The notes: generated by a model not told the origin, from the sequence alone. A stretch of 24,000 nt of DNA from Falsibacillus pallidus (GCF_050990905.1 NZ_CP158866.1:2554651-2578650), one strand, 5' to 3'. Positions 1 through 10,169 are shown, counted from the first letter of the stretch. Numbers and translations: made by a program.

Positions 1-231
1 GCCACATACGGCACTCAGTTTGGAGATATTGATTCCTTCTTCGTCAAGCGTCTCTAAAATCATTTCTTTTCGGAATTCATATTGATCGATGATATTCTCA
101 AAAGAATTTATTTTATCTGCATCATGACGGATGGTTTTCTCCAAAATATCCTTTTCATTATCGAAAACGCCGATTTTCGTTGAAGTCGATCCAGGGTTGA
201 TGACGAGAATTCGATATTCTTTCTCTTGCAC
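1..231 (-). CDS. buk: butyrate kinase, N-terminal part (gene continues beyond the left window edge)
   Basis: Reverse complement of 231..1 reads [77 protein letters not shown], with the acetate/butyrate kinase N-terminal NPGSTSTK motif. GTG start 8 nt after GGAGG (241-245). Downstream of ptb-bcd, as expected for this locus. Confidence 0.88.
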   Translation of the reverse strand, partial: MQEKEYRILVINPGSTSTKIGVFDNEKDILEKTIRHDADKINSFENIIDQYEFRKEMILETLDEEGINISKLSAVCG

Positions 232-315
232 GTTTGTAACCTCCATTTAAAAGTGTGGGTTTCTTCATTAAAATAAGATCGGTTCATGAAAATTCACACT
301 ATTCATCCAAATGGG

Positions 316-350
316 AGAAACGCCTCGCTTCATGGAAGCCAAGCGTTTCT
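316..350 (-). promoter_or_regulatory. intercistronic stem-loop between bcd and buk, not followed by a U-tract
   Basis: agaaacgc (316-323) pairs with gcgtttct (343-350). Inside it gcttc (327-331) pairs with gaagc (335-339), leaving a 3x3 internal loop and a 3-nt loop. Confidence 0.5.
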
Positions 351-390
351 GCACCATCTATTCAAGTTCAGCAGCGATAAAGTAAAATCT

Positions 391-1488
391 TTATACGCGT
401 TGGTTAAGAATATGTTTGTTGTTCAATAGGAATTGGCTGCGGGAATTTTTCATTGTTTGGATTCTTTCCTCAGCCATGCGGTCTGCAGCAACATAAGAAG
501 GAATATTGTCGCGTTTAGCAATTTCGAACACTTTTTCTACATTATTGTAGATTTGTTCTACACGCTTCATTGCTCTCTCAGCATTGTAACCGTATAATTC
601 ATCGGCTACATTGATAACACCGCCGGCATTGATGACATAATCTGGAGTGTAGACAATGCCCATTTCATGGATCGTATCACCGTGGCGGGTTTCTTTCAGC
701 TGATTGTTTGCTGCACCAGCAATGACTTTAGCTTTGATTACAGGAATTGTATCGTCATTGATGACTGCACCAAGTGCACATGGAGCAAAGATATCACAAT
801 CGACACTGTAGATTTCATTAGGATCTACTGCTTTTGCACCGAATTCTTCCACAGCTCTTTGAACAGCTTCTTTATTGATATCAGTAACAATCAAGTTTGC
901 GCCTTCTTCATGAAGATGACGGCAAAGGTTGAATGCTACGTTTCCAACACCTTGAACAGCAATCGTCTTGCCTTCAAGAGAATCTGTACCGAAAGCTTCT
1001 TTTGCTGCCGCTTTCATTCCGCGGTATACACCGAATGCCGTTACAGGTGATGGATTACCGGAAGAACCGAATGCTGGGGAAATCCCTGTAACAAAGTTTG
1101 TTTCTTCATGGATTAAATCCATATCTGCCACAGTCGTACCTACATCTTCAGCTGTGATATAACGTCCGTTCAAACCTTGGATAAAGCGTCCGAATGCACG
1201 GAACATCGCTTCATTTTTATCTTTGCGAGGGTCGCCGATGATTACTGTTTTTCCTCCTCCAAGATTCAAACCTGCTGCTGCATTTTTATAGGTCATTCCT
1301 TTTGCAAGGCGCAATGCATCTTCGATTGCTGCTTCTTCAGACTCATAAGTCCACATGCGAGTACCGCCCAATGCAGGTCCAAGCGTTGTATCATGGATTG
1401 CGATGATAGCTTTTAATCCGGATTGTTCATCTTGGCAAAATACCAATTGCTCATAGTCATAAGTTGTCATGTAGTCAAAAATTTTCAT
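391..1488 (-). CDS. bcd: leucine/branched-chain amino acid dehydrogenase (Glu/Leu/Phe/Val dehydrogenase family)
   Basis: 365-aa ORF with [32 protein letters not shown] and a [15 protein letters not shown] Rossmann segment. Sits between ptb and buk. Confidence 0.96.
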   Translation of the reverse strand: MKIFDYMTTYDYEQLVFCQDEQSGLKAIIAIHDTTLGPALGGTRMWTYESEEAAIEDALRLAKGMTYKNAAAGLNLGGGKTVIIGDPRKDKNEAMFRAFGRFIQGLNGRYITAEDVGTTVADMDLIHEETNFVTGISPAFGSSGNPSPVTAFGVYRGMKAAAKEAFGTDSLEGKTIAVQGVGNVAFNLCRHLHEEGANLIVTDINKEAVQRAVEEFGAKAVDPNEIYSVDCDIFAPCALGAVINDDTIPVIKAKVIAGAANNQLKETRHGDTIHEMGIVYTPDYVINAGGVINVADELYGYNAERAMKRVEQIYNNVEKVFEIAKRDNIPSYVAADRMAEERIQTMKNSRSQFLLNNKHILNQRV

Positions 1489-1508
1489 TATAATTTCCTC
1501 CTCAGATA

Positions 1509-2411
1509 TTATCCTAATGAACAGATTGCCAGCGCCAATGAATTCAACTTGCTTTCAGCGCTGTCAGATCTTGAAGTTAATACGATCGGGGCTTTAGCAC
1601 CTGCGATTACTGCACCAACTTTTGCCTTGGCGAAATAAATAAGTGATTTATATAGGACATTTCCCGTCTCAATATTAGGAACGAGTAGAATGTCTGCTTG
1701 TCCAGCTGTATCGCTGTGTATGCCTTTATGTTCTGCAGCCTCGATGGAAACTGCATTATCTAACGCCAATGGCCCGTCTACTATACAATTCCTGATTTGC
1801 CCGCGGGCATTCATCTGTGTAAGAGCGGCCGCATCCAATGTAGCTTCCATGGCCGGATTGATTACTTCAACAGCTGCAAGTGGGGCAACTTTCGGCATAT
1901 CTACTCCAATGGAAGTGGCAATGGATACTGAATTTTGAATGATTTGAGCTTTTTGATTCAAGTCCGGTGCAATATTCATTGCTGCATCCGTTACAAAAAT
2001 CAAGCGTTCATAGCCAGGAACTTCAAAAGCCGCTACATGGGAAAGGACATTTCCGGTCCTCAGACCATACTCCTTATTCAAAACAGCTTTCAAGATGACA
2101 GCTGTCGGAACGTTCCCTTTCATCAGCACATCAGCTTCTCCATTATGTACGGATCTTACTGCAAGCTCACATGCTTTTGAGTCTGTTTCAGCATGGAAGA
2201 TGGAAACATAGGCATCTTCAGCAAGCTGTGGTGCAGCCTCTTTAACGACTGCCTTGATTTTGTCCTCATTTCCAAACAGAAGAAATTTGGCCATGTTTTT
2301 TTCCGCTGCAGCCGCAACAGCTCCAATGACTTCTTTGTCCTCTGCAGCTGCAACAGCTATTGCTGCCTTATTCATTTGGGTTGCTTTTTCAATGAGTGAG
2401 TGTAAATTCAT
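1509..2411 (-). CDS. ptb: phosphate butyryltransferase (phosphotransbutyrylase)
   Basis: ORF extends to 2519, but the ATG at 2411 ([29 protein letters not shown]...) has GAGG 8 nt upstream and lies downstream of the sigma-54 promoter. PTA/PTB family features include [23 protein letters not shown]. Confidence 0.93.
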   Translation of the reverse strand: MNLHSLIEKATQMNKAAIAVAAAEDKEVIGAVAAAAEKNMAKFLLFGNEDKIKAVVKEAAPQLAEDAYVSIFHAETDSKACELAVRSVHNGEADVLMKGNVPTAVILKAVLNKEYGLRTGNVLSHVAAFEVPGYERLIFVTDAAMNIAPDLNQKAQIIQNSVSIATSIGVDMPKVAPLAAVEVINPAMEATLDAAALTQMNARGQIRNCIVDGPLALDNAVSIEAAEHKGIHSDTAGQADILLVPNIETGNVLYKSLIYFAKAKVGAVIAGAKAPIVLTSRSDSAESKLNSLALAICSLG

Positions 2412-2454
2412 ATTGTCTGCCTCAACCCCTTCATTTATTCTTACATTATCCATT

Positions 2455-2473
2455 ATGCAAGAACCGTGCCAAA
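2455..2473 (-). promoter_or_regulatory. sigma-54 (SigL) -24/-12 promoter for ptb-bcd-buk
   Basis: Minus strand reads TTGGCACGGTTCTTGCAT. GG and GC are separated by 10 nt and the motif is ~45 nt upstream of the ptb start codon. The adjacent gene is a sigma-54 activator. Confidence 0.9.
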
Positions 2474-2532
2474 ATAAAAACATTGAAAACGCTTTATTTA
2501 ATATTAATTTTGTGTGCAACTTTTTTCATGGT

Positions 2533-2548
2533 ATGCAAATTATTGCAT
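2533..2548 (-). promoter_or_regulatory. candidate BkdR upstream activating site (inverted repeat ATGCAA-N4-TTGCAT)
   Basis: Perfect 6-bp inverted repeat atgcaa-atta-ttgcat, ~65-80 bp upstream of the -24 element and overlapping the bkdR stop codon. Confidence 0.4.
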
Positions 2549-4612
2549 GTCATCAATTGCAATCTTATATTTATCCAGCTTGTAATAAAGATTACGTATA
2601 GAAACATCCAACTGCTTGGCTGTCGCTGTCTTGTTCCCATTATTTTGCCGCAGTACATTTTCTATATGTTCCTTTTCAAATCGCTCAACTAATTCGGCCA
2701 AGCTCTTCCCTTCCGGATCTACAGTTATCCCCGAGGATTTTTTCTCATGACCGGAAGCGCCTTGGTCTAATATATCCAGATGCTCAGAACTGATCATCTT
2801 ATCGGTATAATTCATAAAAATTATGGCTCTCCCAAGAATGTTTTCCAACTCTCTCACATTGCCAGGCCATTCATATGCCATTAGTTTGTTCAATGCACCA
2901 CTCGTCATACCTTCCACGTTTCGCCCATAATCCTGATTGATTTTGTAAATCAACCTTTCACTCAGACTTTGGATATCTTCTTTTCGTGTCCGGAGTGGCG
3001 GAATCTGGATCGGCATCCGGTTGAGCCGGTAATATAGATCCTCGCGGAAAGTCCCGTCTGAAATCGCTTTTTCCAAATTGACATTTGTAGCGGCAATGAT
3101 CCTTACATTGATCGGAATGGACTTCGTACCGCCTACCCGGACTATTTCATGCTCCTGCAGGACCCTTAATAGCTTGGCTTGTGTATTGACGCTCAGTTCA
3201 CCAATCTCATCAAGAAAAATACTGCCGTTATTAGCTTCTTCAAAGAGTCCCCGCTTCCCTCCACGCTTGGCTCCTGAAAATGCTCCTTCTTCATAGCCGA
3301 ATAATTCACTTTCAAGAAGGGACTCGGATATGGCAGCACAGTTCACTCTTATAAATTTGTTATACTTCCGGTCGCTGGCATTATGGATGGCGTGTGCAAA
3401 AAGCTCTTTGCCAGTCCCCGATTCCCCCCTGAGGAGTATCGTTGCCGGCGTCTTCGCGCCAAGCTTAGCCTGTTCTATAGCAAGCATCATTTCATCTGAG
3501 CTGCCAATTATATCTTCAAATGTATATTTTGCTTCGAGCGTCCTGATAATCTGCCTTGCTCGATCCAATTCATTGGTTAATGACTGAATTTCGGAAACAT
3601 CATGGATAACACCGACGCTGCCTTTTAATTTCCCATTTACGATGATAGGCGCCACGTTGACAATTACTTCTTTTTTCATCGGGCCGACGCGCATCTTCAC
3701 TCCTCTGACAGCCCTTCTTGTCTGAAGGACCTTCAGATGCATACTTTCACCCTCAGATATATCAGCGGTGGCCGGCTGTCCGATCACCCGCTCCTGTGTA
3801 AGTCCGGTGATGCGAGTGTAGGCAGGATTGATCAATATCCCCCGGCCGTCTTCGTCCACAACAGATATCGCGTCATCACTGGATTGAATGATGGCCTCAA
3901 GCATTGTCTGGATTTCTTTTAGATTGGTTATCTCTTCAGCAAGGTTTACCACTTCAGAGATATCCTTAAATACAGAAATGGCGCCAAACAACTGATGGTT
4001 TTCTCCAATAAGCGGGATCCTGGTCGTGATGATCTTCATCCCATTAAGCAGAACCAGCTCTTGATTCGTTTCAATCCTTCTGGTTTCAATAACTCGCGGA
4101 AGCTTGCTGCCTGGAATGACTTCATGAATATGCTTCCCAAGAGCAAACTTCCGTGAAGCCCCTACCATACGTTCGGCACTGCGGTTAAATAAAGTCACCT
4201 TGCCTGAGGGATCTATGACGACCATTCCGTCATCTGCAGAATCAAAAATTAAATTATGAAAGTACGATTGATTAGTCAATTTAGAAATCAGTTCTTCTTT
4301 TTCCTCTAAGAGCGTGGACATTAAAAAAGCTACGCTTCCTGGGATCAGTACTGTTTCAGGATGCCTCGCCTCCCGAAGCTGCCTGAATACTTCCTCGCTG
4401 CCAGTCACTTCAATTATGATATCAACTGATTCATCCAAATGGTTTATCCAATCCTTCTCCACAGGTATTCCCTCATTTATGGCAAATGCAATACCCGGAG
4501 CTAATTGATTCGGATCAATAACTGCAGTGACTTTCATGGCAGTGGATTCTCTTAGAAGCTTTAAAATGGCGAGCCCGCCTTTTCCTCCACCAACCACAAG
4601 AACATTTTGCAA
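2540..4612 (-). CDS. bkdR: sigma-54-dependent transcriptional activator BkdR (N-terminal Rossmann-like region, two PAS domains, AAA+ domain, Fis-type HTH)
   Basis: [15 protein letters not shown] Walker [33 protein letters not shown] and a C-terminal Fis-type HTH. The track ORF starts at 4654, but a TTG at 4612 has GGAGG 7 nt upstream ([13 protein letters not shown]...). Confidence 0.93.
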   Translation of the reverse strand: MQNVLVVGGGKGGLAILKLLRESTAMKVTAVIDPNQLAPGIAFAINEGIPVEKDWINHLDESVDIIIEVTGSEEVFRQLREARHPETVLIPGSVAFLMSTLLEEKEELISKLTNQSYFHNLIFDSADDGMVVIDPSGKVTLFNRSAERMVGASRKFALGKHIHEVIPGSKLPRVIETRRIETNQELVLLNGMKIITTRIPLIGENHQLFGAISVFKDISEVVNLAEEITNLKEIQTMLEAIIQSSDDAISVVDEDGRGILINPAYTRITGLTQERVIGQPATADISEGESMHLKVLQTRRAVRGVKMRVGPMKKEVIVNVAPIIVNGKLKGSVGVIHDVSEIQSLTNELDRARQIIRTLEAKYTFEDIIGSSDEMMLAIEQAKLGAKTPATILLRGESGTGKELFAHAIHNASDRKYNKFIRVNCAAISESLLESELFGYEEGAFSGAKRGGKRGLFEEANNGSIFLDEIGELSVNTQAKLLRVLQEHEIVRVGGTKSIPINVRIIAATNVNLEKAISDGTFREDLYYRLNRMPIQIPPLRTRKEDIQSLSERLIYKINQDYGRNVEGMTSGALNKLMAYEWPGNVRELENILGRAIIFMNYTDKMISSEHLDILDQGASGHEKKSSGITVDPEGKSLAELVERFEKEHIENVLRQNNGNKTATAKQLDVSIRNLYYKLDKYKIAIDDMQ

Positions 4613-4662
4613 AATTTTTCCTCCGTTCGCGAAAAAATGTGCAAATTCTTTCACACTTCTTT

Positions 4663-4691
4663 ATTGTAGTGAAAATTTAGCTCCTTGACAA
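4663..4691 (-). promoter_or_regulatory. candidate sigma-A promoter for bkdR (TTGTCA-N17-TACAAT)
   Basis: tgacaa at 4686-4691 and attgta at 4663-4668 on the plus strand give TTGTCA-17-TACAAT on the minus strand. Confidence 0.6.
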
Positions 4692-4712
4692 ATTTGGATG
4701 ATAAGATATGAT
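4685..4712 (+). promoter_or_regulatory. sigma-A promoter for the yqzF-like gene (TTGACA-N16-TATGAT)
   Basis: TTGACA at 4685-4690 and TATGAT at 4707-4712, followed by aaaggag and an ATG. Confidence 0.75.
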
Positions 4713-4742
4713 TTTTTTGACAGCAGTTAAAGGAGCATGGAT

Positions 4743-5006
4743 ATGATTCGTTTATTTGCTTTACTGATAATGGTCATTCCGGGTATTTTTGCAGCGCTTG
4801 GAATAAAACTTATGCGTGATATGACGTTTGGCATCCTGCAGCCGCCTTTTCCTTATTTATGGATCCAATTTTTGTGCGGCTTGATTTTTTTCATCGGGGG
4901 ATTAAGCTTTATTGCAGGGTTTATTTTTTACCGCGATCGAAAAAGAGGGAAAGTTCAGGAACGCTTTAAAAAAAACGAGCATAAAAAAAGACAGGCTGGC
5001 GATTGA
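4743..5006 (+). CDS. yqzF: small two-TM membrane protein, DUF2627/YqzF family
   Basis: Up to 89 aa (track ORF from 4737). The ATG at 4743 has AAAGGAG 7 nt upstream. Two hydrophobic segments followed by a basic tail. Position next to bkdR matches B. subtilis. Confidence 0.75.
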   Translation: MIRLFALLIMVIPGIFAALGIKLMRDMTFGILQPPFPYLWIQFLCGLIFFIGGLSFIAGFIFYRDRKRGKVQERFKKNEHKKRQAGD

Positions 5007-5023
5007 AACCAACCTGTCTTTTT
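4985..5023. terminator. bidirectional intrinsic terminator between convergent yqzF and yqiK
   Basis: aaaaagacagg (4985-4995) / cctgtcttttt (5013-5023) inverted repeat with A-tract and T-tract flanks. Confidence 0.8.
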
Positions 5024-5773
5024 CTATTTAATGAATTGCTCTCTTAATTCCAGGGCTTTTTTGGGATAGTCAGTGATGATGGCTGAACAGCCGATTTTAA
5101 ACAGCCTGATCATATCTTCTTTTTTATTGACTGTATACGGTCTGACTGCAATCCCGTTTTCCATTGATGCCAAAACAATTTCGTCCGGTGCAGCCCGTTG
5201 ATTAGGATGTATCGCTCTCCCTCTGATGGACTGTGCATAGATCCAAGGCATAAATAATCCTTCTGAATAAAGCGGGGCGATTTCAATTTCAGGGGCAAGC
5301 CGAAAACAATAAACAATGGAATAATGGTTGAATGAAGAGATAATGATCCTGTTCTCCAATCCATACTCCCTCACGAGCGCAATTACCTTTTCCTCGAGCT
5401 GGGGATAAGGAAAGACTCCATTCTTCAATTCAACATTACATAAAAGTTCATTGGTTTTCAGCCATTCGCATACTTCTCTGAACGAGGGTATTCTCGGCTT
5501 TTTTAAAAATGAATTGAATTTATAGCTGGCATCCAGCTTCTTTAGTTCCTCTAAAGTATAATCCTTTACAAACCCTTTTCCATTTGTCGTTCTTTCAAGT
5601 GTTTCGTCATGAATGACAACTACCTCTCCATCCCTGGAAAGCTGGACATCCAGTTCAATCCCATCCGCACCTGCTTTTTCAGCTTCTCTGAAAGAAGACA
5701 TCGTATTTTCAGGGTGTGTACCGGCTGAACCTCTATGCGCAAAAATTTGTGTGAAAGTCATTTTTTTCACCAT
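5024..5773 (-). CDS. yqiK: glycerophosphodiester phosphodiesterase (GDPD family)
   Basis: IFAHRGSAGTHPENTMSSFREAEKAGADGIELDVQLSRDGEVVVIHDETLERTT is a diagnostic GDPD N-terminus. Confidence 0.9.
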   Translation of the reverse strand: MVKKMTFTQIFAHRGSAGTHPENTMSSFREAEKAGADGIELDVQLSRDGEVVVIHDETLERTTNGKGFVKDYTLEELKKLDASYKFNSFLKKPRIPSFREVCEWLKTNELLCNVELKNGVFPYPQLEEKVIALVREYGLENRIIISSFNHYSIVYCFRLAPEIEIAPLYSEGLFMPWIYAQSIRGRAIHPNQRAAPDEIVLASMENGIAVRPYTVNKKEDMIRLFKIGCSAIITDYPKKALELREQFIK

Positions 5774-5876
5774 CCCATCATGATTATCAATATTTCAATG
5801 GCGGCTGCCATTCAGCACCTCTCCCTACACATAATAGTATAATGGCACTTTTGTTTTAATATTAACTGAAATCCAT

Positions 5877-5910
5877 CAAAAAAGCTTACAGAGAGTTTCC
5901 CTGTAAGCTC
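5877..5910 (-). terminator. intrinsic terminator downstream of spo0A
   Basis: agcttacag (5884-5892) / ctgtaagct (5902-5910); minus strand reads ...CTGTAAGCTTTTTTG. Confidence 0.75.
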
Positions 5911-5936
5911 CTTTTCATTTATTGATTCTCACTCTT

Positions 5937-6722
5937 TCAAGAGGCTTTATGTTCCAGCCTTAGCTTATCCGCCACCATCGCAATGAATTCCGAATTGGTC
6001 GGCTTTGCTTTGGACATAGAGACTGTATATCCAAACAGGGATGAAATCGATTCAATGTTCCCCCTGCTCCATGCAACTTCGATGGCATGGCGGATCGCGC
6101 GTTCTACACGGCTGGCAGTAGTGTTATATTTTTTGGCGATATCTGGATATAACACTTTAGTGATCGATCCAAGAAGCTCTATATCGTTATACACCATTGA
6201 GATTGCTTCTCTCAAATAAAGGTATCCTTTAATATGGGCTGGAACACCAATTTCGTGGATGATGCTCGTAATGCTTGCGTCGAGATTTCTCGGCTTTTGT
6301 TCTGCACTGGACTTAATGGAGGAAGGTTTTTTGATGAATGAGTTTGTTTTCCCGCTTACTTGTCGAATGTGGCTTGCAAGGTTTTCCATATCGAACGGTT
6401 TTAGGATGAAATAAGAAGCGCCTAACTCGACTGCTTTCTTTGTCACATCCTCCTGGCCAAATGCCGTAAGCATGATTACGTTCGGCATAGTGGAGCGAGG
6501 GTTTTCCCTAAGCTTTTCTAAAACAGCTAATCCATCAAGATGAGGCATGATGATATCAAGGACTAAGACATCTGGTTCAGCTTCTTCAAGCATTTGGAGG
6601 CATTCCTGGCCATTATGTGCCACTCCAAGAACTTCCATATCGTCCATGGACTCAATATAGTCATTCAAGAGTCCAACTAATTCACGGTTATCATCCACAA
6701 TACATACTTTAATCTTTTTCAC
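5937..6722 (-). CDS. spo0A: stage 0 sporulation response regulator Spo0A
   Basis: [23 protein letters not shown] receiver domain and C-terminal Spo0A effector domain ([47 protein letters not shown]). GTG start with GGAGG 9 nt upstream. Confidence 0.98.
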   Translation of the reverse strand: MKKIKVCIVDDNRELVGLLNDYIESMDDMEVLGVAHNGQECLQMLEEAEPDVLVLDIIMPHLDGLAVLEKLRENPRSTMPNVIMLTAFGQEDVTKKAVELGASYFILKPFDMENLASHIRQVSGKTNSFIKKPSSIKSSAEQKPRNLDASITSIIHEIGVPAHIKGYLYLREAISMVYNDIELLGSITKVLYPDIAKKYNTTASRVERAIRHAIEVAWSRGNIESISSLFGYTVSMSKAKPTNSEFIAMVADKLRLEHKAS

Positions 6723-6788
6723 TAAAGGTTTCCTCCTCAATTAAATAAATCCATTTTTTATTTATCTAAATATTATTGTAATTGACAA

Positions 6789-6815
6789 ATTCGACAATGC
6801 AACTAAAATTCCTTT
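6789..6815 (-). promoter_or_regulatory. candidate sigma-H-type promoter of spo0A overlapping a 0A box
   Basis: Minus strand AAAGGAATT-N13-CGAAT. The -10 region overlaps TGTCGAA (ttcgaca at 6790-6796). Confidence 0.55.
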
Positions 6816-6911
6816 TCTTTTTCGAAAAAATGTTAAAAAATATATATTTTCTTAAAAATTCTCTTGTTTTCTCTTGTTTTCGACTACATTCGATAAAGTT
6901 CATTACCGATT

Positions 6912-6918
6912 TGTCGAA
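6912..6918 (+). promoter_or_regulatory. candidate 0A box (TGTCGAA)
   Basis: Exact TGTCGAA at 6912-6918, upstream of spo0A. Near matches at 6879-6895. Confidence 0.45.
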
Positions 6919-7017
6919 TTTTATTTATCTATATGATAGCAAAAACATATTGATTTGCAAGGGTATTCTATGGTATTTTTTATTTTTGTATATTTTTATG
7001 GATACTCATTCATTAAC

Positions 7018-7051
7018 AAAAAGCACCGATTTTTTTAAATCGGTGCTTTTT
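7018..7051 (-). terminator. intrinsic terminator downstream of spoIVB
   Basis: aaaaagcaccgattt / aaatcggtgcttttt inverted repeat with a 4-nt loop, immediately after the spoIVB stop codon. Confidence 0.85.
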
Positions 7052-7053
7052 GT

Positions 7054-8349
7054 TCAGCCTGCTTTATTTTCATTTTCGCCGTAAATATCAATTCCTGCTT
7101 CATGCAGCATCCACTCAATATGGACGCCATATCCGGATGTCGGATCATTTACGAATACATGTGTTACAGCTCCAATCAATTTACCATTCTGAATGATCGG
7201 GCTTCCGCTCATTCCCTGAACGATTCCTCCTGTCTTTTCAAGCAGTTCAGGATCTGTCACCTTGATGACCATACCTTTTGTTGCAGGGAATTTCTGCGGT
7301 ATTGTACTAACGATTTCAATGTCATATTCTTCGATTTGATCTCCATCAACCACTGTCAATATTTTTGCTGGTCCTTCTTTGACTTGATTCGATAATGCAA
7401 TGGGCATCGGTTTTTCAAGCAAACCATTATCCAAGCCGTGATGCAGCTTGCCAAAAATTCCAAATGGACTATTGCGGTTGATGTCACCGATTATTTCACG
7501 ATCTGGAGAAAAACGGGCCAATTTTTCACCTGGATTCCCATTGCTCCCTTTTTCAATCGATGTCACAGTGGATTTCAGGATTTGTCCGTCTTCCACTACG
7601 ATTGGTTTTTTCGTATCCATATCTGAAATGACATGTCCCAAAGCTCCATATTTTTTGGTTTTGGGATCATAGAAAGTCATGGTACCGATCCCTGCTGCTG
7701 AATCCCTTATATATAATCCAAGCTTATATTCATCCTCAGATGAATCCTTCATGGGCATCAAGTTCGTTTTTATGATTTTATGATCCCGCTGTACAATGAC
7801 TTTAAGCTCTTGTCCGCTTTCGCCTGCCTTTTGAACAAAAGGTGCCACATCTGACATGTTTTCAATTTTTTGACCGTTTATTTCTGTAATGATGTCACCA
7901 ACCTGTATGCCTGCCTTTTCCCCTGGTGATACCTTCCCTTTGTCTGTTGAGACCAGATGGTGACCTACCACAAGGACCCCTAGGGTATTCAGTTTTACAC
8001 CAATGGATTGTCCACCTGGAATGACTTTGTAATCTTTTAATACATTTACGTTGACCTTTTTAATTGGAAAACCGGCAAATTCCAATAAAACGTCATCTTT
8101 GCCTGCTGATTTTGCATCAATTTTAATTTTATGTTGATTTTCTTCAGCAGCAGATGCCGATCCACTCATCGCTGCTGCAGAAATAGCATTCGAAGTTGAA
8201 AAAGATTGTGACTGACCTTCAAATAATGTGATTGTTCCTGGAATTTCCAGATATTGTTGGAAAGGTTTGTAGAATAATACTGAAATAAGTGAAACAAGGA
8301 GAATTCCACCAATTAATTTTCTAAGATGTTCCCATTTCAATTTTTTCAC
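7054..8349 (-). CDS. spoIVB: SpoIVB serine peptidase (S55, PDZ domain)
   Basis: N-terminal TM segment, PDZ ([39 protein letters not shown]) and catalytic [26 protein letters not shown]. The track ORF starts at 8373; the GTG at 8349 is the more typical N-terminus, but the start is uncertain. Confidence 0.95.
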   Translation of the reverse strand: MKKLKWEHLRKLIGGILLVSLISVLFYKPFQQYLEIPGTITLFEGQSQSFSTSNAISAAAMSGSASAAEENQHKIKIDAKSAGKDDVLLEFAGFPIKKVNVNVLKDYKVIPGGQSIGVKLNTLGVLVVGHHLVSTDKGKVSPGEKAGIQVGDIITEINGQKIENMSDVAPFVQKAGESGQELKVIVQRDHKIIKTNLMPMKDSSEDEYKLGLYIRDSAAGIGTMTFYDPKTKKYGALGHVISDMDTKKPIVVEDGQILKSTVTSIEKGSNGNPGEKLARFSPDREIIGDINRNSPFGIFGKLHHGLDNGLLEKPMPIALSNQVKEGPAKILTVVDGDQIEEYDIEIVSTIPQKFPATKGMVIKVTDPELLEKTGGIVQGMSGSPIIQNGKLIGAVTHVFVNDPTSGYGVHIEWMLHEAGIDIYGENENKAG

Positions 8350-8436
8350 TCTCCTCGCTTCTAATCCACACACTTATGATTGGCTACAATCTTAATTTAG
8401 CCTTGAAGCGAGTCAAATATAACAAACAGGCAAAGA

Positions 8437-8465
8437 AAAAAAGCTACCCTTTTTGGATAGCTTTT
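8437..8465 (-). terminator. intrinsic terminator at the 3' end of recN
   Basis: aaaagctaccc / ggatagctttt imperfect inverted repeat followed on the minus strand by a T-rich run (AGCTTTTTTTCTTT). Confidence 0.65.
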
Positions 8466-10153
8466 CAAGTTTGTTTCATGGTATGGGCCAATTCTAATAA
8501 TTCCTGAGCGTGTTTTTTTGTTAAATCAGTGATTTCTACACCGGAAATCATTCGCCCGATTTCTTTTATTTTTGTCTCATTATCAAGCGGAGTGACAGAT
8601 GTTGTTGTCCGTCCACTTGCAATGTTTTTTTGGATAAGAAGATGAGTATCCGCCATTGCAGCGACTTGCGGCAGATGGGAAATGCATAAAACCTGTGAAT
8701 GGGATGCAATCTGGTGGATCTTTTCAGCAATTGCCTGAGCGACCCTGCCGCTTACACCCGTATCCACTTCATCAAATATAATGGAAGTAACTCCTTGATG
8801 CTGTGAGAAAATGGTTTTAAGGGCAAGCATCATCCTCGATAACTCTCCGCCTGAAGCAACTTTCGCAATCGGTTTCAGCGGTTCTCCAGGATTTGTTGAA
8901 ATAAAGAACTCAATCGAATCCATTCCATCTTTTTTAAATGCGCTGGCAGCTTCATCAAATTGAACCTGAAAAACGGTTTTTTCCATATAAAGATGCTTTA
9001 ATTCTTTATGGATGCTATCGGTGAGCTTTTTCGCCCATTTTTTTCTAAGGGCGCTTAATTCACCTGCTTCAATGGACAAATCCTTTTCCAATGAAGCAAG
9101 CTCCTTCTGAAGGTTATGCAAATGGTTGTCTCGATTGGTTATCTCATCAATTTCCTCTTCGATTTTTGCACTGTATTCTGCAATTTCTTCGATAGATGAG
9201 CCATACTTCCGCTTAAGACCGTTGATTTCATTTAACCTTGCTTCAATTTCATTTAGCCGTTCCGGATTGAACTCAAGTATGTCCAGATGATTTCGTACGG
9301 TCCTTGTTGCGTCCTCAAGTGCATAGAAGCTATTCGATACCGCTTCTAAAGCTCCCTCCAGCTCACTATCCAATTCTGCTGCAGTTTCAAGGTGGCCCAT
9401 GACCAAACTGACCCAATCCAACGCCTTTTGCTCTCCCTGGAGACCAGAATAGGCTGATTGCATGGATTCAGCCAATCTTTCGAAATTACCCAATTTCTTT
9501 TTTTCTTCGCTTAGTTCCACATCTTCGCCAATTATCAGATTGGCTTTTTGAATTTCACTAAACTGAAATTGGATAAGATCAAGCCTATGTGCCATTTGCT
9601 GTTCATTTTCACTCAATTGCTTGATGCGCTTTTTTGTCTGATCATACCGGGAAAATACCTCTTGGTAATTTTTCAGCGCCCTTGCAATTTCCTTTTCTCC
9701 GAATTGATCGAGCAGCCTGATATGGACAGATTCATCCATCAGCTCTTGATGTTCATGCTGACCATGAATATCCACAAGCGAAGATCCGATTTCGCGAAGG
9801 ATTCCTATCGTCACAAGTTTGCCGTTTACCCGGCACACACTTTTCCCGTTACTGGAAATATCACGCTGAAGGACAACCATTCCTTCCTCTATTTCAATGC
9901 CTAATTCAGCTGTTTTAACATAGCAGGGATGATTTTGGTTCTCTAAAATGAACAACCCTTCCAGTTCAGCCTTTTTTTCGCCATGCCGAACAAATTCCGA
10001 GGATCCCCTTCCTCCGGCAAGCAAGTATAGAGCATCGATAATGATGGATTTTCCTGCACCTGTTTCACCGGTGAGAACCGTGAGTCCCTTTTCAAGTGAA
10101 ACCGTCAATTCATCTATAATTGCGAAGTTTTTTATTGATAATTCTTGCAGCAA
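8465..10153 (-). CDS. recN: DNA repair protein RecN (SMC-like ATPase)
   Basis: MLQELSIKNFAIIDELTVSLEKGLTVLTGETGAGKSIIIDAL; signature KPIAKVASGGELSRMMLALK and FDEVDTGVSGRVAQAIAEK. TTG start at 10153. Confidence 0.97.
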   Translation of the reverse strand: MLQELSIKNFAIIDELTVSLEKGLTVLTGETGAGKSIIIDALYLLAGGRGSSEFVRHGEKKAELEGLFILENQNHPCYVKTAELGIEIEEGMVVLQRDISSNGKSVCRVNGKLVTIGILREIGSSLVDIHGQHEHQELMDESVHIRLLDQFGEKEIARALKNYQEVFSRYDQTKKRIKQLSENEQQMAHRLDLIQFQFSEIQKANLIIGEDVELSEEKKKLGNFERLAESMQSAYSGLQGEQKALDWVSLVMGHLETAAELDSELEGALEAVSNSFYALEDATRTVRNHLDILEFNPERLNEIEARLNEINGLKRKYGSSIEEIAEYSAKIEEEIDEITNRDNHLHNLQKELASLEKDLSIEAGELSALRKKWAKKLTDSIHKELKHLYMEKTVFQVQFDEAASAFKKDGMDSIEFFISTNPGEPLKPIAKVASGGELSRMMLALKTIFSQHQGVTSIIFDEVDTGVSGRVAQAIAEKIHQIASHSQVLCISHLPQVAAMADTHLLIQKNIASGRTTTSVTPLDNETKIKEIGRMISGVEITDLTKKHAQELLELAHTMKQT

Positions 10154-10169
10154 GTAGCATTCACCTCAT

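Noticed and set aside
667-1416. Plus-strand ORFs of 64-127 aa opposite bcd
   Set aside because: Antisense shadows of a strongly conserved gene, with no family similarity.
6782-7084. 100-aa plus-strand ORF upstream of spo0A
   Set aside because: A low-complexity, Phe/Leu-rich translation of AT-rich regulatory sequence that also reads through the spoIVB terminator.
7102-8200. Multiple plus-strand ORFs opposite spoIVB
   Set aside because: Antisense to a confidently identified gene, with no independent start context or domain.
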